Under the pieces are notes generated by a model that did not search any database, was not told where the DNA came from, and was given only the letters and a program-made list of their open reading frames with translations. A program made the translations under genes and the position numbers. Shown in pieces: positions 21,827-35,500 of a stretch of 51,897 nucleotides of DNA; positions within the stretch are counted from its first letter, which is position 1, and every line of letters starts with the position of its first letter. Source of the stretch: Klebsormidium nitens (Eukaryota; Plantae; Klebsormidiophyceae). The stretch covers positions 1-51,897 of the forward strand of contig DF237557.1 in assembly GCA_000708835.1 (NCBI GenBank). The letters are read 5' to 3'.

Positions 21827-24800
21827 ATGGGTGAGTGGCTGGGGGCTCCTCTACCCTCTGAGGTACAGGATCCATGTGGTTGGTTGCAGCATGGCGGTCC
21901 TGTCAAGGGCGGCCCGTCTTGAGTCGTTAGTTATTGCCTTGTGGTAAGGAAAGGGCTAGCCTTTCCGAAAGTATAGGAGCCTGACCCTGTTCGAACGGGA
22001 GCTCCGAAGGGCTGTAGCCAAGCTCTTGGGTATTGGTTTGAAGGTCTGTCGACAGCATTTTCTTGTGGAAGGAAGGTATCCTGGTTTGAACGGGTCACCA
22101 TCTCGCTTTCTGTGCATACACGGTGTAACAAATTGGTAATGGTTGTGAACAAGTTTTTGTTGCTCAGCGGGGCAAGGGGCTCGGTAGAAGCCCGGAGCCA
22201 CACCAGATTGTGAGCAAGTGATGCGAAGTTGTATGGTGCCCACAGATTGAGCAGACAGCTCATCAAAGCTTTCATTGGGCAGTCTCTATATCCCTACAGC
22301 TCTGAGTATAAATGTGGATTAGGCTCTTGACATGCAGTTGAGTAGATGATATGGTAACGGTGCCATGGTCGAAACTTATCCAAGCGTTTACACCTGAGTG
22401 TAGTGTACCGACTCTGCAAAGCCTGTAACAAGAGGCCCACGATAACGTGGGCTGAACACTTCCGGCAAACTTGAGATGGGTTTTGGTACAGGGCACTGTG
22501 CCTCGCACAATTGATAAGCAGTTAAAAACAAAAATGGCCCTGATATAGGTCGCAGAGGGCACGATTGGTTTTGATTCGCTTCTTGCATACAGCTCATGAC
22601 AACTCATAGATAAGTTGGCCTCTAGCTCCACTTTGGGCCACTCTTGATGGCGCCTCGGCCTGATTGCTAGCCTGAATGTAAGGTTCCTTTAGGCAGCCGG
22701 TGTTGGGGGAGAGTCAACCGCTCCGGAAGGCAGGACTGGCCGCTGGGAACTGCCAAGACAGTTTGTCTACAGTTTGTCAAAGGGCTTGCCAGTATAGCGG
22801 TTTCTTTTCTGATCAAGTACTTCATTCTGATGCAGCCAAGATCAAGCCCCATGAGTTGAGGTCCAAGTCCAAGACGGACCTGCTCAACCAGGTGAGGGCG
22901 GCCTCTCTTCGGGGTTGCACTTACGATAGGATGGCGGGCATCCTTGTTTTAGGCACATGCGTTTGACAACTGGGTCTGGCTGGGTTTCGTAACCGTGATC
23001 GCGGCACCATATCTTGGGGATGTAGTGTCAAGACAGTGACTCCTATTCGTTGAACGTCCTCGGGAAAACTCTTAAGGAGCAGGTTGACAGCAGAGACCCT
23101 TGGTGGATGAGTTGAAGTGTTGTGGGGACTTTTTCATTAATGTATGCGGCGGACCTTCGGACGTGGGCCGGGGAAAGCCTCACCCTTAGAAGATTTTCTT
23201 CATCTTCATGTGGCGCCAACGATTCGTACACAAGTACAGCATCCTTTCCGGTCTCTTTCAGTGGCCTGCCAAATTCTAGATAGGGAAGAGAGAACGTTGC
23301 ACTTGCCAGCGCAGCTGCTCTATTCCCCATGACTGTGTCTGGGTTGTTGTAGGCATACCCTTCTGGGCCACTTTTGAGGCCTCGACCTTTGGCATCAAGC
23401 TTCTGCTCTAGCAAGCGGACTCTAACGCGTTTGTATTCTGAAGAGTACAAATTGTCTGATCTTTAGGTGTGTTGCGTTGGCTTTGCCGCGTTGAAGGTGT
23501 ACGTGCGCAAATAGTCTGACTTACATCTCCATTGGTAGATCTGGATAAGAGTGGACTACAGAATTCATGGGTTGGAATCCTAGTTTCTCCAGCGAATGTA
23601 CAAGATTGCGGCTGTCATCGTCCCGTCCAGATGAAGTGGGCTTTGCCTTTTGTCAAGATCTTTACGTGCTTCATGGACAACGAAGGCACACGTGTATGTG
23701 GACAAAGAAGGCACAAGTGCACGCTCTCTTGGCAACGGCACGAACTGGTCCTGACATCGCGGTTTGCGTTGGTGCAGCTCAAGGAGCTGAAGACGGAGTT
23801 GGCTGCCCTCAGGGTCGCCAGGGTCACTGGAGGAGCCCCCAACAAGCTGTCCAAGATGTGAGTAGCATCTTCAACCGAACTTACCTCGGGTTCGCGTTGG
23901 TTCGTTCTCGACTGATCTTGCATCCGGCGCTTAGCTCGACGAGCTTCGACCAAACCTTTTGAAGCTTGCCGGTGGAGTGAATTGCCCTTTGTTCGAAGAA
24001 CCATTGGGCATCATGTTCGGTCCACCTTCTGCGATCAATTGCAGGCAATTACATGCCGAGTCTGGCGCTCAGATCGTTTTGGTTGAGTGCACACGGCCTT
24101 TTTGGCAGCTCGCTAATTGTCAGGTTGATCAAAAGGCCAGCAGAAGTGCTTGATACTGCCTGCGAAGGGCGCTGGCTCTGGCGACTGCTTTAGAGCTAGA
24201 GTTTCCTGAAAATTCTTGCATCACATCCCCTCTGAGCCTCCTTTTGCCGTTCGTGCAGCAAGCTGGTGCGGTTGTCAATCGCCCAGGTGAACACGGTGAT
24301 CAGCCAGACGCAGAAGAAGGAGCTGCGCTCTGCGTTCAAGGGCAAGAAGTACCTCCCCCTCGACCTCAGGACCAAGAAGACGCGCGCCATCCGGAAACGC
24401 CTCACCAGGCACGAGGTGCGCGCACCATCTACCGCATCTGAGGGTGCACTTGTGTTTGTGTTCCTTGGTGGAAACGCCTTGTGTGCTTCGATGCAGCTTA
24501 TGCCTATCAGGCAGGGACTGTTTGTGTGCTCATTCTTTGTTCGTGTAACTCTATTTCATGTAAGGGGCGGCTCTGCACAGGGGATGGATGCTGTAGACTT
24601 TTTGTCGTCCTGCGGGTGGAAGGTTGCCGTGCCCTCAAGAATCTGATTCTGGAGTATCTTGGAGGGCGTCAGATTGCGACCTTTGGATTGGGAGGTTTTC
24701 AATTAGACGGAGGTGTCTATATACAAATCTTGCTGCATCTGCTTCTCTTGGGATGCATTGATTGTTAGACAGTGTCTTATGGTCGGTTGCTGAGTGGATC

Positions 24801-24891
24801 TCCTCTTATTCTGCAGGCCTCCCTGAAGACTGCCAAGGAACAAAAGAGGGCCGCTTATTTCCCCCAGAGAAAGTACGCTGTCAAGGCTTGA
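21827..24891 (+). CDS. RPL35: 60S ribosomal protein L35 (uL29); 5 exons
   Basis: Exons 21827-21830 (ATGG), 22836-22891, 23778-23857, 24259-24415, 24817-24891. These give [63 protein letters not shown]...[21 protein letters not shown]...[11 protein letters not shown]. Confidence 0.98.
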
Positions 24892-26216
24892 AGTCGTAAA
24901 ACATTGTTTTCCGCTCGATCACCTCCTCTGTCGGCTCCCTGGTCGCTCCTGCATGCATGCTGTGCTCTTCCATGTTGTCCTGGCGTTCTTTGATGATCAG
25001 CCATCGTTGTATGGCCGGGGCTCTGGGTCCTCAAGTCCGGTGTTGTACGCTTGACTGCGATTCTCTGCACGAAACCCGTGGGACGGGACAAGGGTCCGCT
25101 CATGCACGTTGAGCACCTACACGATGAGGTTGTGCCGGGGTCTGGTCACGTGGGGCCTTGGAAGCACTTTACTTGGGAACTTGCCAGGCACGGCCGCCTG
25201 CTATCATGTAAGCATGCCCGCTGAAAAGAGCTGATGCATGTGGATGCCAATCTGTATCCGTGTATGCGGCAGCCATGCAGCTAATATATCCGATCCTTTA
25301 AGGTACTGACGTACGCAAGCACGGCTGCGTGGTCGGAAGTACGTTGGGCTGGCGCCATTAAGAATTAATTTTGGCATGTTTTCCGTATACATAGAAGAAA
25401 AAAGTGTACATTACATGGTTCAACGGTTTAGCTCCGAGTGCAACTTAGCATATAATCGATGCATTTGCAGTTTTTGTTGAGAATATTGCGCATGTGCCCG
25501 TCGGTGCTCAGACGGTGCACGGGCCTGGCTTGCATTGCTTAACGTAACCTGTTACATGGCCGTACCCGGCATCCATACTGTGCGCTGTGACATTGAATAG
25601 TAAGCGGCTATAACTTCTATATATATGTACCGCCGTGTAACCAGCAAGAATAGTCAACGAATGACTGTCACTACGTGTACGGCAAATGGTGAAATGAGTA
25701 CCGTTAACGTGCAATTTGGATGGCCGTCTCATGCGCAGGCATGCTCTCAATCCGAAATTCCTTAACTTAGTAACGAAGTCGGCCGCGCGCAGCCTGCCAC
25801 TCAATTCGACCATAAGTTTGGGCCCAGCCGCCCGGCACTGCAAGGCTAGCTTACGTCCTCGGTACAGGAGGAATGTAACGTAGCTTGTGATATGTTAACA
25901 ATTAGCAATTAGCAATTGCCGCTTTGAGTACGCGTGTTCCATAGTATTGGTTGGAACGCTACGTTCTACGAGCAAGTCGATTCGTTCAAGTTGCGCTGAG
26001 TCACATCGATTAGAATGCAGACGCAAGCTAGCTGAGCCTGCATCGAGTCAGATGCTCATCTGAAAGAACCGTCCTTTCCTGTCATTACATAGATCAACAT
26101 TCTCCGTCGATCTCCGTGAATAATCATTCCTATTGTTACATCATCCGACTCTTTCATACTGTATGCATGCCGTCTTAATGGTCAGCGATTGGCAACCCTG
26201 CGCCGCGCAGCCAAGT

Positions 26217-29200
26217 TCACATAAAGAGCCCGCATTTGCAGCCGGGCGTGCCGTGAGCATTGGTGGTGCTCCCTGTGATGTCGAGGTAGGCCGCGCCGCA
26301 CTTGTAGCAAAAGCCCGCCCCGCACTTGCACCGCATGAAGTTGCACCCGTTCTTGCGCTCGATCATGTTGTGGCACCTGGACACACACCCAAGCATGAAT
26401 GTTGAGCACGAGGGAATGGCCTGCGTGATGCTAAAGTTGACCGGATCGAAGCCTTACTTCTTTTCGCAGAACTCACGGAAAGGGAATTCTAAGACAGACA
26501 GCTGGAACGAGCTCCGAGCTGGGCGCTTGAGACAAATATAAAGTAAGGCCAGAGCGTCGTCATGAGAGGGGTTGAAATTAGAGTGAAAAGCGAAGAGCGG
26601 GGTTCGTCCACAGGCTTCAGCACCTTAGCCCCACTCTCGATATCCCGGATTATCCGGGAGACTCAGCTTTTGCCGCTTGCTTTTCGAAGCAATCCTCTCG
26701 CAATTCAGACCTCGCAAGAATCAAGAGCACAGTCCTCGCCTCATGATCGCGGTACGGGTGTACGTAAGAAGGTGTGTCTCGTCACGTCGTTTGGCTTCTA
26801 CATACTCGACTCTGAGAACCACGATTTTTTCAGACCTGATTTTGCAAAGTTTAAACAGTACTAAGCTCTTCAGATACTTTGCCAGATCAGCAGAGCCGAT
26901 GTCCACGACGGCGGAGTGTAACACCTCAAACCGTAAGAAAGCGCAGGCGGCTGTGAATAAGTAAGGTGAGACTCCTTTCGCCGCGACTCGCAATTCTCTG
27001 ACCGCAACGTCCACGTCGACAAAGTTAGGGCGAGAAGGGGCGCAAAAGCACGAACTTGCGATTATGGTTCGCGGCTGGCTAGCGGGGTGTGCTCACTTGG
27101 GGCAGGGCTTCCAGTGTTTCTTTTTGGCGAGCACGTGCAGCGGCTCGTCCTCCTTGGCGCTCTGGAACTGCGCGCACGTCTGATCCGCGTGCCACGCCAC
27201 GCGGCACTCCCGGCAAAACACGCGCCTGCAAGCGGGCAACGGCAGTCAGGTGGGGCTCCCTCGAATTGGGCCGAGGATTGGCGACACTGCACGACCTTCT
27301 TATTCTCAAATCTGAGGTCCTTATCCGAGCTAACGAGAGACGCCTGGAGCGGGAAGATTTGTCACGTTCTCGAATCTCAAACCGTACATTCGAGATAGCG
27401 AGGGACGTCTGGAGCGAGATGATTGGTTCAGCGGGTAAGTTTGACAGAGTGATCATCGAACCGGTGTGAATAGGGGTATCCAGCACCTTGAAGACCGCTG
27501 CAGCCGTTTGGAATCGCCACGGAAGTGGCCTGACGATTTGTAGCGGGCTCAATCTATGTCGTCCAAACGGCAACTTGGGCAGACATGTAGGCAGAGCAGC
27601 AGGGTCACGTCCATAAAGAAGAGAGAAGACCCCAAACAATGCAATCAAAAGAAGCGAAGCCCTTTCGTGGCCTCACTTGCAAGAAGCGCAGATGGAGTCG
27701 GGCCCCCTCTCATCCTCGGCGCAGTCCATGACAGCAGTACAACCATCGAAGGGGCAGTACACCTGGCGGATGACAGGGATTGAAGTCAAGCATTTGTAAC
27801 GGTTACGGCAATCTCGATGTGGTAAAAAGCAGGGAGCACTCAACCGTCATACAGCGGCCATGGGTGATTTGCGCAGCCGGCAAGCCTGCCTCAGGAAGTT
27901 CTGGCTGCTAACCAGGCTGACTACCAGACATGAGTCTTAGGTTCCTGAAGAGGTAACCGGCCGTCAATTTCGTTCCGTTGCTGGTTATCGTCCAAGTCTG
28001 GTGATTGGACGTAGACTTACTTTCTGACCAGCCCATAACCAGCCCAAAACCATCCATGGTCAATGGCCAAAGGTTCCTGTAAGCGGTGATTAACCGCAAT
28101 GGACAAAAGACCACAGCCCTGCTACGAAGCAAAGTGTTTTGCAGTAACCGCCGCCGGAGTTTGTGTCAGTCGACGTACCTTGGTAGTGATGCTGGCCTCG
28201 GCGAGCAGCTGCAGGTAGACCTGCGTCTCCTTGTCGCCCAGCAGCCACTCCACGTTCTCGAACGGAAACACGGCGGGGCAGCCCTCGGACGCGCGCGTGC
28301 ACGGGATGCGGGGCGTGCGGTCGTCCATTACCTGCGACAGGGGAAAAGCGAGGGTGAAAGCTGCCAATTTTGCTGAAGGAAGGTGGTTTTCAGCGGAGGG
28401 TTTTTCAGAAAAGAACTGCCGAACGTGCAGTTACAAACGTCGACCTGAGGGTTTGAGTGTTTAGCCAAAGACGGTGATACAGGGAGGTAAAGGTCAGTGG
28501 AAAGAACAACTCCGCAAAAAGGTGGAGAACTTAGAAACTTGGAGCAAGAAAAAAATTGAATCGCATGCCAAGAACACAATACGGTCGCCGTTTGAACACG
28601 TGCACGCTTCGTCCTCAGGGACGTCATGGCTGTTGACATCTTCGTTCTGAACCACTTGGCCGCTTATCCCAACGACGAGCTGGAAGCTGGGACGTTGACG
28701 TATTCCAAAACCTCAAAGTTGCACAGACGGCAGCTTTACTGGGCTGTCCATGCTTTTACGCTTTCACTCGACTTTCACCCGGCTCTCAGAACCGGGAACA
28801 TCTCCATGCAGATGAACTTCATTCTCGTGTTCAGCTGAATCATCTCAATATGGAAGAAAGGTGTTATGAAGTTTGTACCGGACCGCCGTCTTGATAGGCT
28901 AGACTGTTTCGAGCGCCAGGGCAGTCAGGGACCGGGGCCCCACCTTGACTGTGGCGTACTGTCGCAGGCAGTCGATGCAGTGCCAGTGGGAGCACGTGCC
29001 AGGTGGCAGGCCAGGGGCAGGGGAGTCGGGACCTACAGGAAGCAGCCGGGCTTTGTGATTAACCCTTTGCTCTACGGTAGATAAAGACGAAGGGTCTCTC
29101 AGTGCCTGAGGAGAAGCTGGGAAGAGAACGAAAGGAGGCTTGCACGGCAGCCGTCCGCGGGTGCAATACTTTGGAGCACGAACTGTCTAGCGACGCTGTT

Positions 29201-31714
29201 GAACGACAGTCATGCAGATAGCTTCTCGATCTTACAGCGCTGGGGCGCCTTGCTTACCTGCGGCCTCCTCTCCGTTTCCCCCGTCCTCCATTGCAGTAGT
29301 GTCGTCCGCCGCCACGCAGGGAGCGATGCAGTCCTTGGTGGCCACTTCCTCCAGGCAGATGCTGCAAGACGAGGTAAAAGCCAGAGAAGGGGGGTCGCCT
29401 TGAATCCAGGAGGGGGAAAGCCTCGCAGCTTGGCACTCTTTGACGGTAGTGCTCCTTCTAACGGACTCTCAGCGAGGTAAGCATCGGGCGTTCAAAGCTC
29501 TGCTTTTCTGGAATACAATCTAGGCTTCATCGAAAAACGATGCTTGTTTCAGAAGCAGCAAGAAAATATAGCCGTACTAATCACTTGAAGACAATCAAAA
29601 GCTTTGGATGTGATCATCCTATGCCAAGCAAGACCCTGTGTCACGACACTGAGAGAGCGCAATGCTCACGAGTTCCTTTGACAGGTCCTTCAAACTCTGG
29701 GGGTAGCATCCAAGCAGCACGCATCTCAAACGAGGCACTTTCATGACAAAGCCGGAGTCAGGGGTTAGCGCCCAGCGTACCAGCACTCGACGAGCTGGTC
29801 CTGCTCTGTTGCCGCAGGCCAGCCGTTGTCTCGCTCTAGTTGCTCCGCCATCTCCTGGTCAAACTCCTCTTGCAGGCTGGCGCTCAGCCGCCGGTCGAGC
29901 TCCGTATCACGGTCCTCCTGCGCATACGCCGCATACACCGCCATCGCCTCTACCTCGCCCTGCAAACTCTCCAACTCGAGGTCGCCCAGAAAGGGCCCAG
30001 ACTCCAGAAGCAGCAGCCGGATGTTCTCCAGCCTAGTTAGCAGGGGCTGGTGAGCGGGGTCTGCGTCTTGCATAAGCAGCTGGGCAGTCAACGCGTCTTG
30101 CTTGTCGAACAGCTGCTGGACGGCCGGGGGGAGGGGCGCTCGCGGGCGGTGCCGGTGGAGCACTAGGGGGGCGGGCTCCGCTTCGTCCACCTCGAGGTCT
30201 GCAGAAGAGATGGGCAAACTTTGTGGGAGCATTCAGGCAGAGGTCTACAGGACGTGTGCGGGAAGGACAAGTTGCGACAAGACCGCTCCAATAAGCTCAA
30301 CCCTGTTTTTAACCAGGTTAAAGTCCACCCGGGACCTCCATTTGTTCGGTGGTTGGCTTTGTCACTCCATGGTGAAGAAGACGTGACCAGCAACACAACC
30401 CTAATGTGAACCTAGACCCTGAACAATAACCGTACTTTTACCAACATGATCAGTGGTAAATTCCGAATCTAGGTAATGGGTAATCTTCAAGCCAAAGATA
30501 TAGTCACAGGCCTTTTGACTGCTTCTTTCGACCTCAGATTCCCACCCTGCCCTTAGCAAATATAGTCGCAAGCTCACCCTGATCTTGTTCTAGATGCCCC
30601 ACTGCAGGGGGATCCCTCTCCTCCAACACTGTCGCGGGCTCTCCGCTTGTCCCCAAAGCCCCGCCTGCCTCCACCATTTGAGAGCATTTTCCATTAGAGG
30701 GTCCAGCCTCACCGCGCTTAGATGCACCTTCTTCCAGTGTCCCTCCGACAGGCGTACGTTCTGTTGTGGGGATCGCAACTGCAGTCAGAATCTGATGAAG
30801 CCGGCCCACCTGGCTACCACAACTCTCTCCGCCACCAGAATGATGTTCGTTGCTGGCAGGTGCCACCAGGGGGCTCCCCCGCTGTGCCTGGCAGCGGGGA
30901 GGGCAACAGCCGCTAGTATTTGGTCGTACTTGCTCATGGGAATGTGTGGGCTGTCTTCTCCGGAGGGGTTGTCAGGAAGCTCATGTGCCTTTCCCTTCAA
31001 CTTCGACTCTTGTTTCAGATCACACTGTGGAGGCTCAACTGCCACTGTGTTGATGTGACAGCTGCCTGTCTGCTGAGTGTCAGCCCCCCTGGCTGCTGCC
31101 CTGTCACTGTGAAACTCAGTGTCCGTCCCAGTAGGCACTGTCAGTTTCCCCATCTGATCTACCCCCTGAGGGGTTGCTGGAGAAGGGAGTGCACAGCTCC
31201 CCTCTCGCTCGCCCACCTGCTCCAACACACCCACCGCTTGCTCCTCACCGCTGCCACTCTGTTGAGCCAAAAGTCGATCGTGTGTGCCTTGCGCAACCAC
31301 ACCTTGCCCATGTGCACCTCGCTCCTGATCACCATGGTTCACACGGCGGCGATGTGTAACATCCAGACCAGCTCGACCCCATTGCTCAGCTGGGGCTATG
31401 CCAGCGCCGCCTGCTTGTTCGGCCAGTAATGTCAGCACAGCCTTCCCCTGGGGAGGATGCCCAGGGTTGGTCTGGGGAGCTTCTGGGTCCGCTGTGGCCC
31501 CCGCAGGTGCGGCAAACAGATTTGGGTAAGGCCCTGCTTGACCCCTGTACAAATTTTGAGCAAGGGAAAGGGGCACCACGGTTGCGCTGGGTTCCAGCTC
31601 TTCACGGGGACTGTGGCCCTCATCAGACCAGTCAAATTCTGCATCATTTGTGGAACGCTTCTTTGACTGGATCAAGGACTTGGCCTTGGCCTTAACTTTG
31701 GCCCAGGAAGGCAT
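26217..31714 (-). CDS. RBR (RING1-IBR-RING2) E3 ubiquitin ligase, plant RSL1/RNF144-like; 5' structure uncertain
   Basis: 3' exons ..-30578, 30198-29781, 29361-29258, 29032-28944, 28331-28179, 27762-27677, 27225-27097, 26376-26217. RING1 CCICLEE...CSHWHCIDCLRQY; IBR VYCPFDGC...CASCKRVFCRECRVAWH; RING2 KPCPKCHNMIERKNGCNFMRCKCGAGFCYKCG. The long 5' exon changes frame near 30.8-30.97 kb; the start at 31714 is tentative. Confidence 0.88.
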
Positions 31715-31932
31715 TTTTTGAACTGAGCGGTCAACAACATGTGGAGAAAACTGCGCGCTCAAGATGTGTGCGATGCCCGCGCATTGCTTTTAGTGCTTTG
31801 TTTTTGTGCAGCGCGTGACGCAACGGAAACCTTCTTTCGCGACGGTTGTCTAAGCATTCCCTTCAGTCCCACTTATTGAGTTCCTGTCTGCAGGTCGAAC
31901 CTGGCACCAACATGCCCACAAAACCCTTCTCC

Positions 31933-32028
31933 CAAACAAGTTCTTCCCATGGAATTGCCAGGACGATGTTCCTTAGGGAGCAAACAAGTTCTTCCCATGG
32001 AATTGCCAGGACGATGTTCCTTAGGGAG
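31933..32028. repeat. Perfect 48-bp tandem duplication in the RBR/carrier divergent promoter
   Basis: CAAACAAGTTCTTCCCATGGAATTGCCAGGACGATGTTCCTTAGGGAG x2. Confidence 0.95.
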
Positions 32029-32530
32029 GACTGTGGTCGTACATGTTGCTGCAAAGCTGCTAAATCTGCCAAACTTGAACAAAACCATTTGTAAAGACGG
32101 CCTGATGGACCGTAAGTCACGGTGCATGCATGCTACACACCGTATACCTATAACGACGCAGAAGGAGGGATCCCTCATGCGCAGAATTTTGCTGCCGGCC
32201 GCTTTTCAACTCGCGTGACGGGAACTTGTAGGGGCTGGCACATTGGCTGGGGCGGTCGACCCGTTTGAGAAAACGGCAGCGGCAACGCCTGGAGTAGGAA
32301 CTCCCCCTGGAATCTTACCATATCGCGGGGGTACGTACCTTCAACTTCCCCTTGGGCTTTTGAAGTTCGAGATTGATCAGTCTTTCCTCCTCCAGCTTTC
32401 GGAGTTTAAGCTAGAATCCGTAAGAGAGCAGACCCTTGAAGTTTAAAACCTTTTAGCCAAAGCGCCAGCAGAGCCAGAATCTGTTCTGTGCACCGCGCAG
32501 GGTGGGCCAGACTTGCAGCGCTGTGCAGCA

Positions 32531-35500
32531 ATGGCCAGCAAGAACGGGACCGCCGGGAAGAGGGGCGATGCAGCTGCCATTTTTGCTGCGGGGTCGTGCT
32601 CCGGGATGATCACCAGCAGCGTGCTGCAGCCACTGGACGTCATCAAGACACACCTCATGGCAGAGCACCACGCAGGGCGCACCGGCAACAGGTGCGACCC
32701 CAGCAGGCAGCGCAAGTTTATGCCTCATTGCCTTGGTCACCAAGGTGCAATTCCCACGACTGCCAGGGTCTGCTAGCGTTTCTTACTGATTTTGGGCATT
32801 CTCTTTTCCTGCAAGAAAGAGCTTGGAGCTTTTTCTGCCGACCGGCGCTGTTATCACTGCTCAGTTAGGCGGCAGGGCATGGCCAAATACTTTCATTGCA
32901 GTTACTTTGACTCTGAGCTGTCATCGATCGAATGTTCCTGCCAGCTGTGGCCACCAACCTCTGAAGCAGCGGTTTCCATCTTAGTCGCAGCCATCATTGC
33001 GCTGAGCCACCTTGGGAACATGCAGCGAACCCGCTTTGTTGATCTTGCAGGGCCAGCCCACTGTCGTCCAGCTTCGCTATGGTGGTCAGGGAGATCGTGC
33101 GCAAAGAGGTACGCTTTCAAAGATGCAGTCCACATGGGAAGTGATTAAACATCCAACTTTCAGAGTTCCTTTGAGCAGCAGAAGCTTGGGATAGAAACCT
33201 GCAAGGGGAGCAGCCTCCTCGGACGTGGCAAGTTGTATGACCATCAGACCAGAGACTTTGCCAGCAAGTTGCCCCTTGAAGAAACCATGCATCTTTCCTT
33301 TTGAGTCAGCATCTGTCCTCTGGGATCGGAAATGCTCTTACAGATGAGACGGACTATTTTGTCTTCTCTTTGTGAAGTGAAGGGCTCTAAGGCCCGTCGC
33401 TTGCAGCTGCGATGATTGAGTTCTGGTGCTTCACTGCCAAAAGAGACCCAACATACCTCAAGACAGTGAGCGCTAATCCCCGGCCGTTGTTGCAGGGTAT
33501 ACTAAGCCTGTGGCGCGGGACAGGGCCCACTGTGCTGCGGGTCGGCCTCGGAGCGGGGCTCTACTTTCTGATGCTGGACAGGGTGATGACCGGCATGCGC
33601 ACACTGCACGAGACGCGGCAGCAAGCCGCACACACTGCAGCGCTTGAGAGAGAAACTTTTGGCAGACCAGCGCCAGTAGAACAGGACCGTGGAAAAGATA
33701 CTTTAGAAGTGTTAGTATCTCCACAGCAAGAGTTGCGGGAGATAGAGCAACTGTTGCCGTCAGAGGCGAGCACAAGTGGGCGGGAAAGCGGAACAAGTGA
33801 AAGACAAGCGGAAAAGCGTGCGGAAGCTGGGGGATCCCTGCCGGCGCTGTACACCATGACGGCGGGCGCTGTCACGCGGTCGACTGCTGCAGCACTGCTG
33901 TGTCCAGTGACAGTGGTCAAGACCAGGATGGAGGTGAGGACCTGCAAAATCGGCTCAATGGTTCATAAATTGGGCTCCTCTTTTGTTGTTCTTTTGGATG
34001 ATCGTATCATCAAACGAAAGTGGCTGGAGACACAAAAGTGAGACCGGCCCCTCTCCGAAGGTTCGGGGCGGGGGGCGATGTTCGATAAGTCGGAGGTCAT
34101 CATTACAGATTGTGATGATATTGAAGTTGAATCACCGTGAGTTCAACCTACAAGGACATACTAGAAGATCACGGCGAAGGTGAAAAAGGAAAACTCCAAG
34201 GAAAGCCCTGGCTCGGATGAACCCGCCATTGCCCTTTCCGACTACCCAGGTGGTACGAAAGCATTTGGCGAACAGGACAATTTGGTAGTCTATGTTTCCT
34301 CGGCTGCCTAGGCTGGACGCCTCCGACCCTTGCGTGTGCAGTACTCGGCCGTGACGGGCCACGTGTACCGCAACACTTTCCATGCCGTCGAGAGCATCTT
34401 CAGGACAGAGGGCGTCAGAGGTAAGGCAATGCTGGGAAGGTTAGGATACAAAGTCACTGCTTCTTCGAGTTCGTCTGCCTGCCACACCAGTCGTGCACTA
34501 TTCTGCCCGCAATTTCTGCAGCATGACAGACGTGCTCCAGTATTTGCGAAGTATCAAAAAAGCCACTTTGGAGCACGACGGCGCTTCCAGAAACCTCGAG
34601 ACCCTGTAAAGCGAGGGTACGTCGCTGGTTTTGGGCGCCTCAATACGTCCCTGGCTTTGGACGCCTCCGTACATCAGTAAGGCCCCGTTGGTTGAATCGT
34701 CGACTCGTGACGTGTGACGCTGTGCCCCTCATCTGTTGCGTCACAGGTTTGTTCAGCGGGCTAGGCCCGACGCTGCTGCGTGATGCGCCCTACTCGGGGC
34801 TGTACCTGCTCATGTACGACAAGACGCGCCGCGGCCTCAGAGGTACCGCCGCCGCCCTCCTGCCGCCGGCCTCGTCTCTGACAGCAGCTTTCGCACTTCC
34901 ATCTAACGGCGCTCCGAATCTCAACTTCGTAACTGTAGTACAATCGTAGCAGAAGCCTATAGGCAGAGAGAAAATTTGGAACAATGCAGATTATTTGACA
35001 CAGATAGCCCGTAGCATGCGCGAAGTTCGCTTCGTCTTGGTTTAGCAGGCTGGTGGAGCGAGCGTGAAATGGCTCGGATCGTTAATGCTCACAGCCATCT
35101 GGTCTGCTGAGGAACACTTTGGCCCAAAGTCTAGAATTGGATAAGGTCGAGGGCTACTCCTTTCTTCCTATGTCGTGATCGTTCAGTACTGCACACATCC
35201 TGCAAAGACACTGTTTTCTATCCCTGCAGACCTTCTACCCGCTTCGACTTCGCAGGTCTACATCAACTTCATGTCAGGTGCGGTGATAAGACGACTTCGC
35301 ATGTTTTGGTTGCTTTCGGCAGCTCGAAAGTGCGTCGTGGGATACAGGGCGTCGATGCCATCTCGAACCTCCATTGGTGGCCTTTTGTTCGTCTGCGGTT
35401 GCTCATCTGAGCCTGCCCAGTACTTGCTGCGCAGGGGGCCTGGCTGGGGGCGGGGCCACCCTGGCAACACACCCCCCGGACGTGGTGAGACGCGCTTCTG

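Noticed and set aside
23043-23450. 135-aa antisense ORF in RPL35 intron 2
   Set aside because: No recognisable domain or exon-like codon bias; treated as a chance ORF.
21831-24816. Intronic snoRNAs in RPL35
   Set aside because: No convincing RTGATGA...CTGA pair with terminal stem was found by eye. H/ACA RNAs cannot be excluded without a search.
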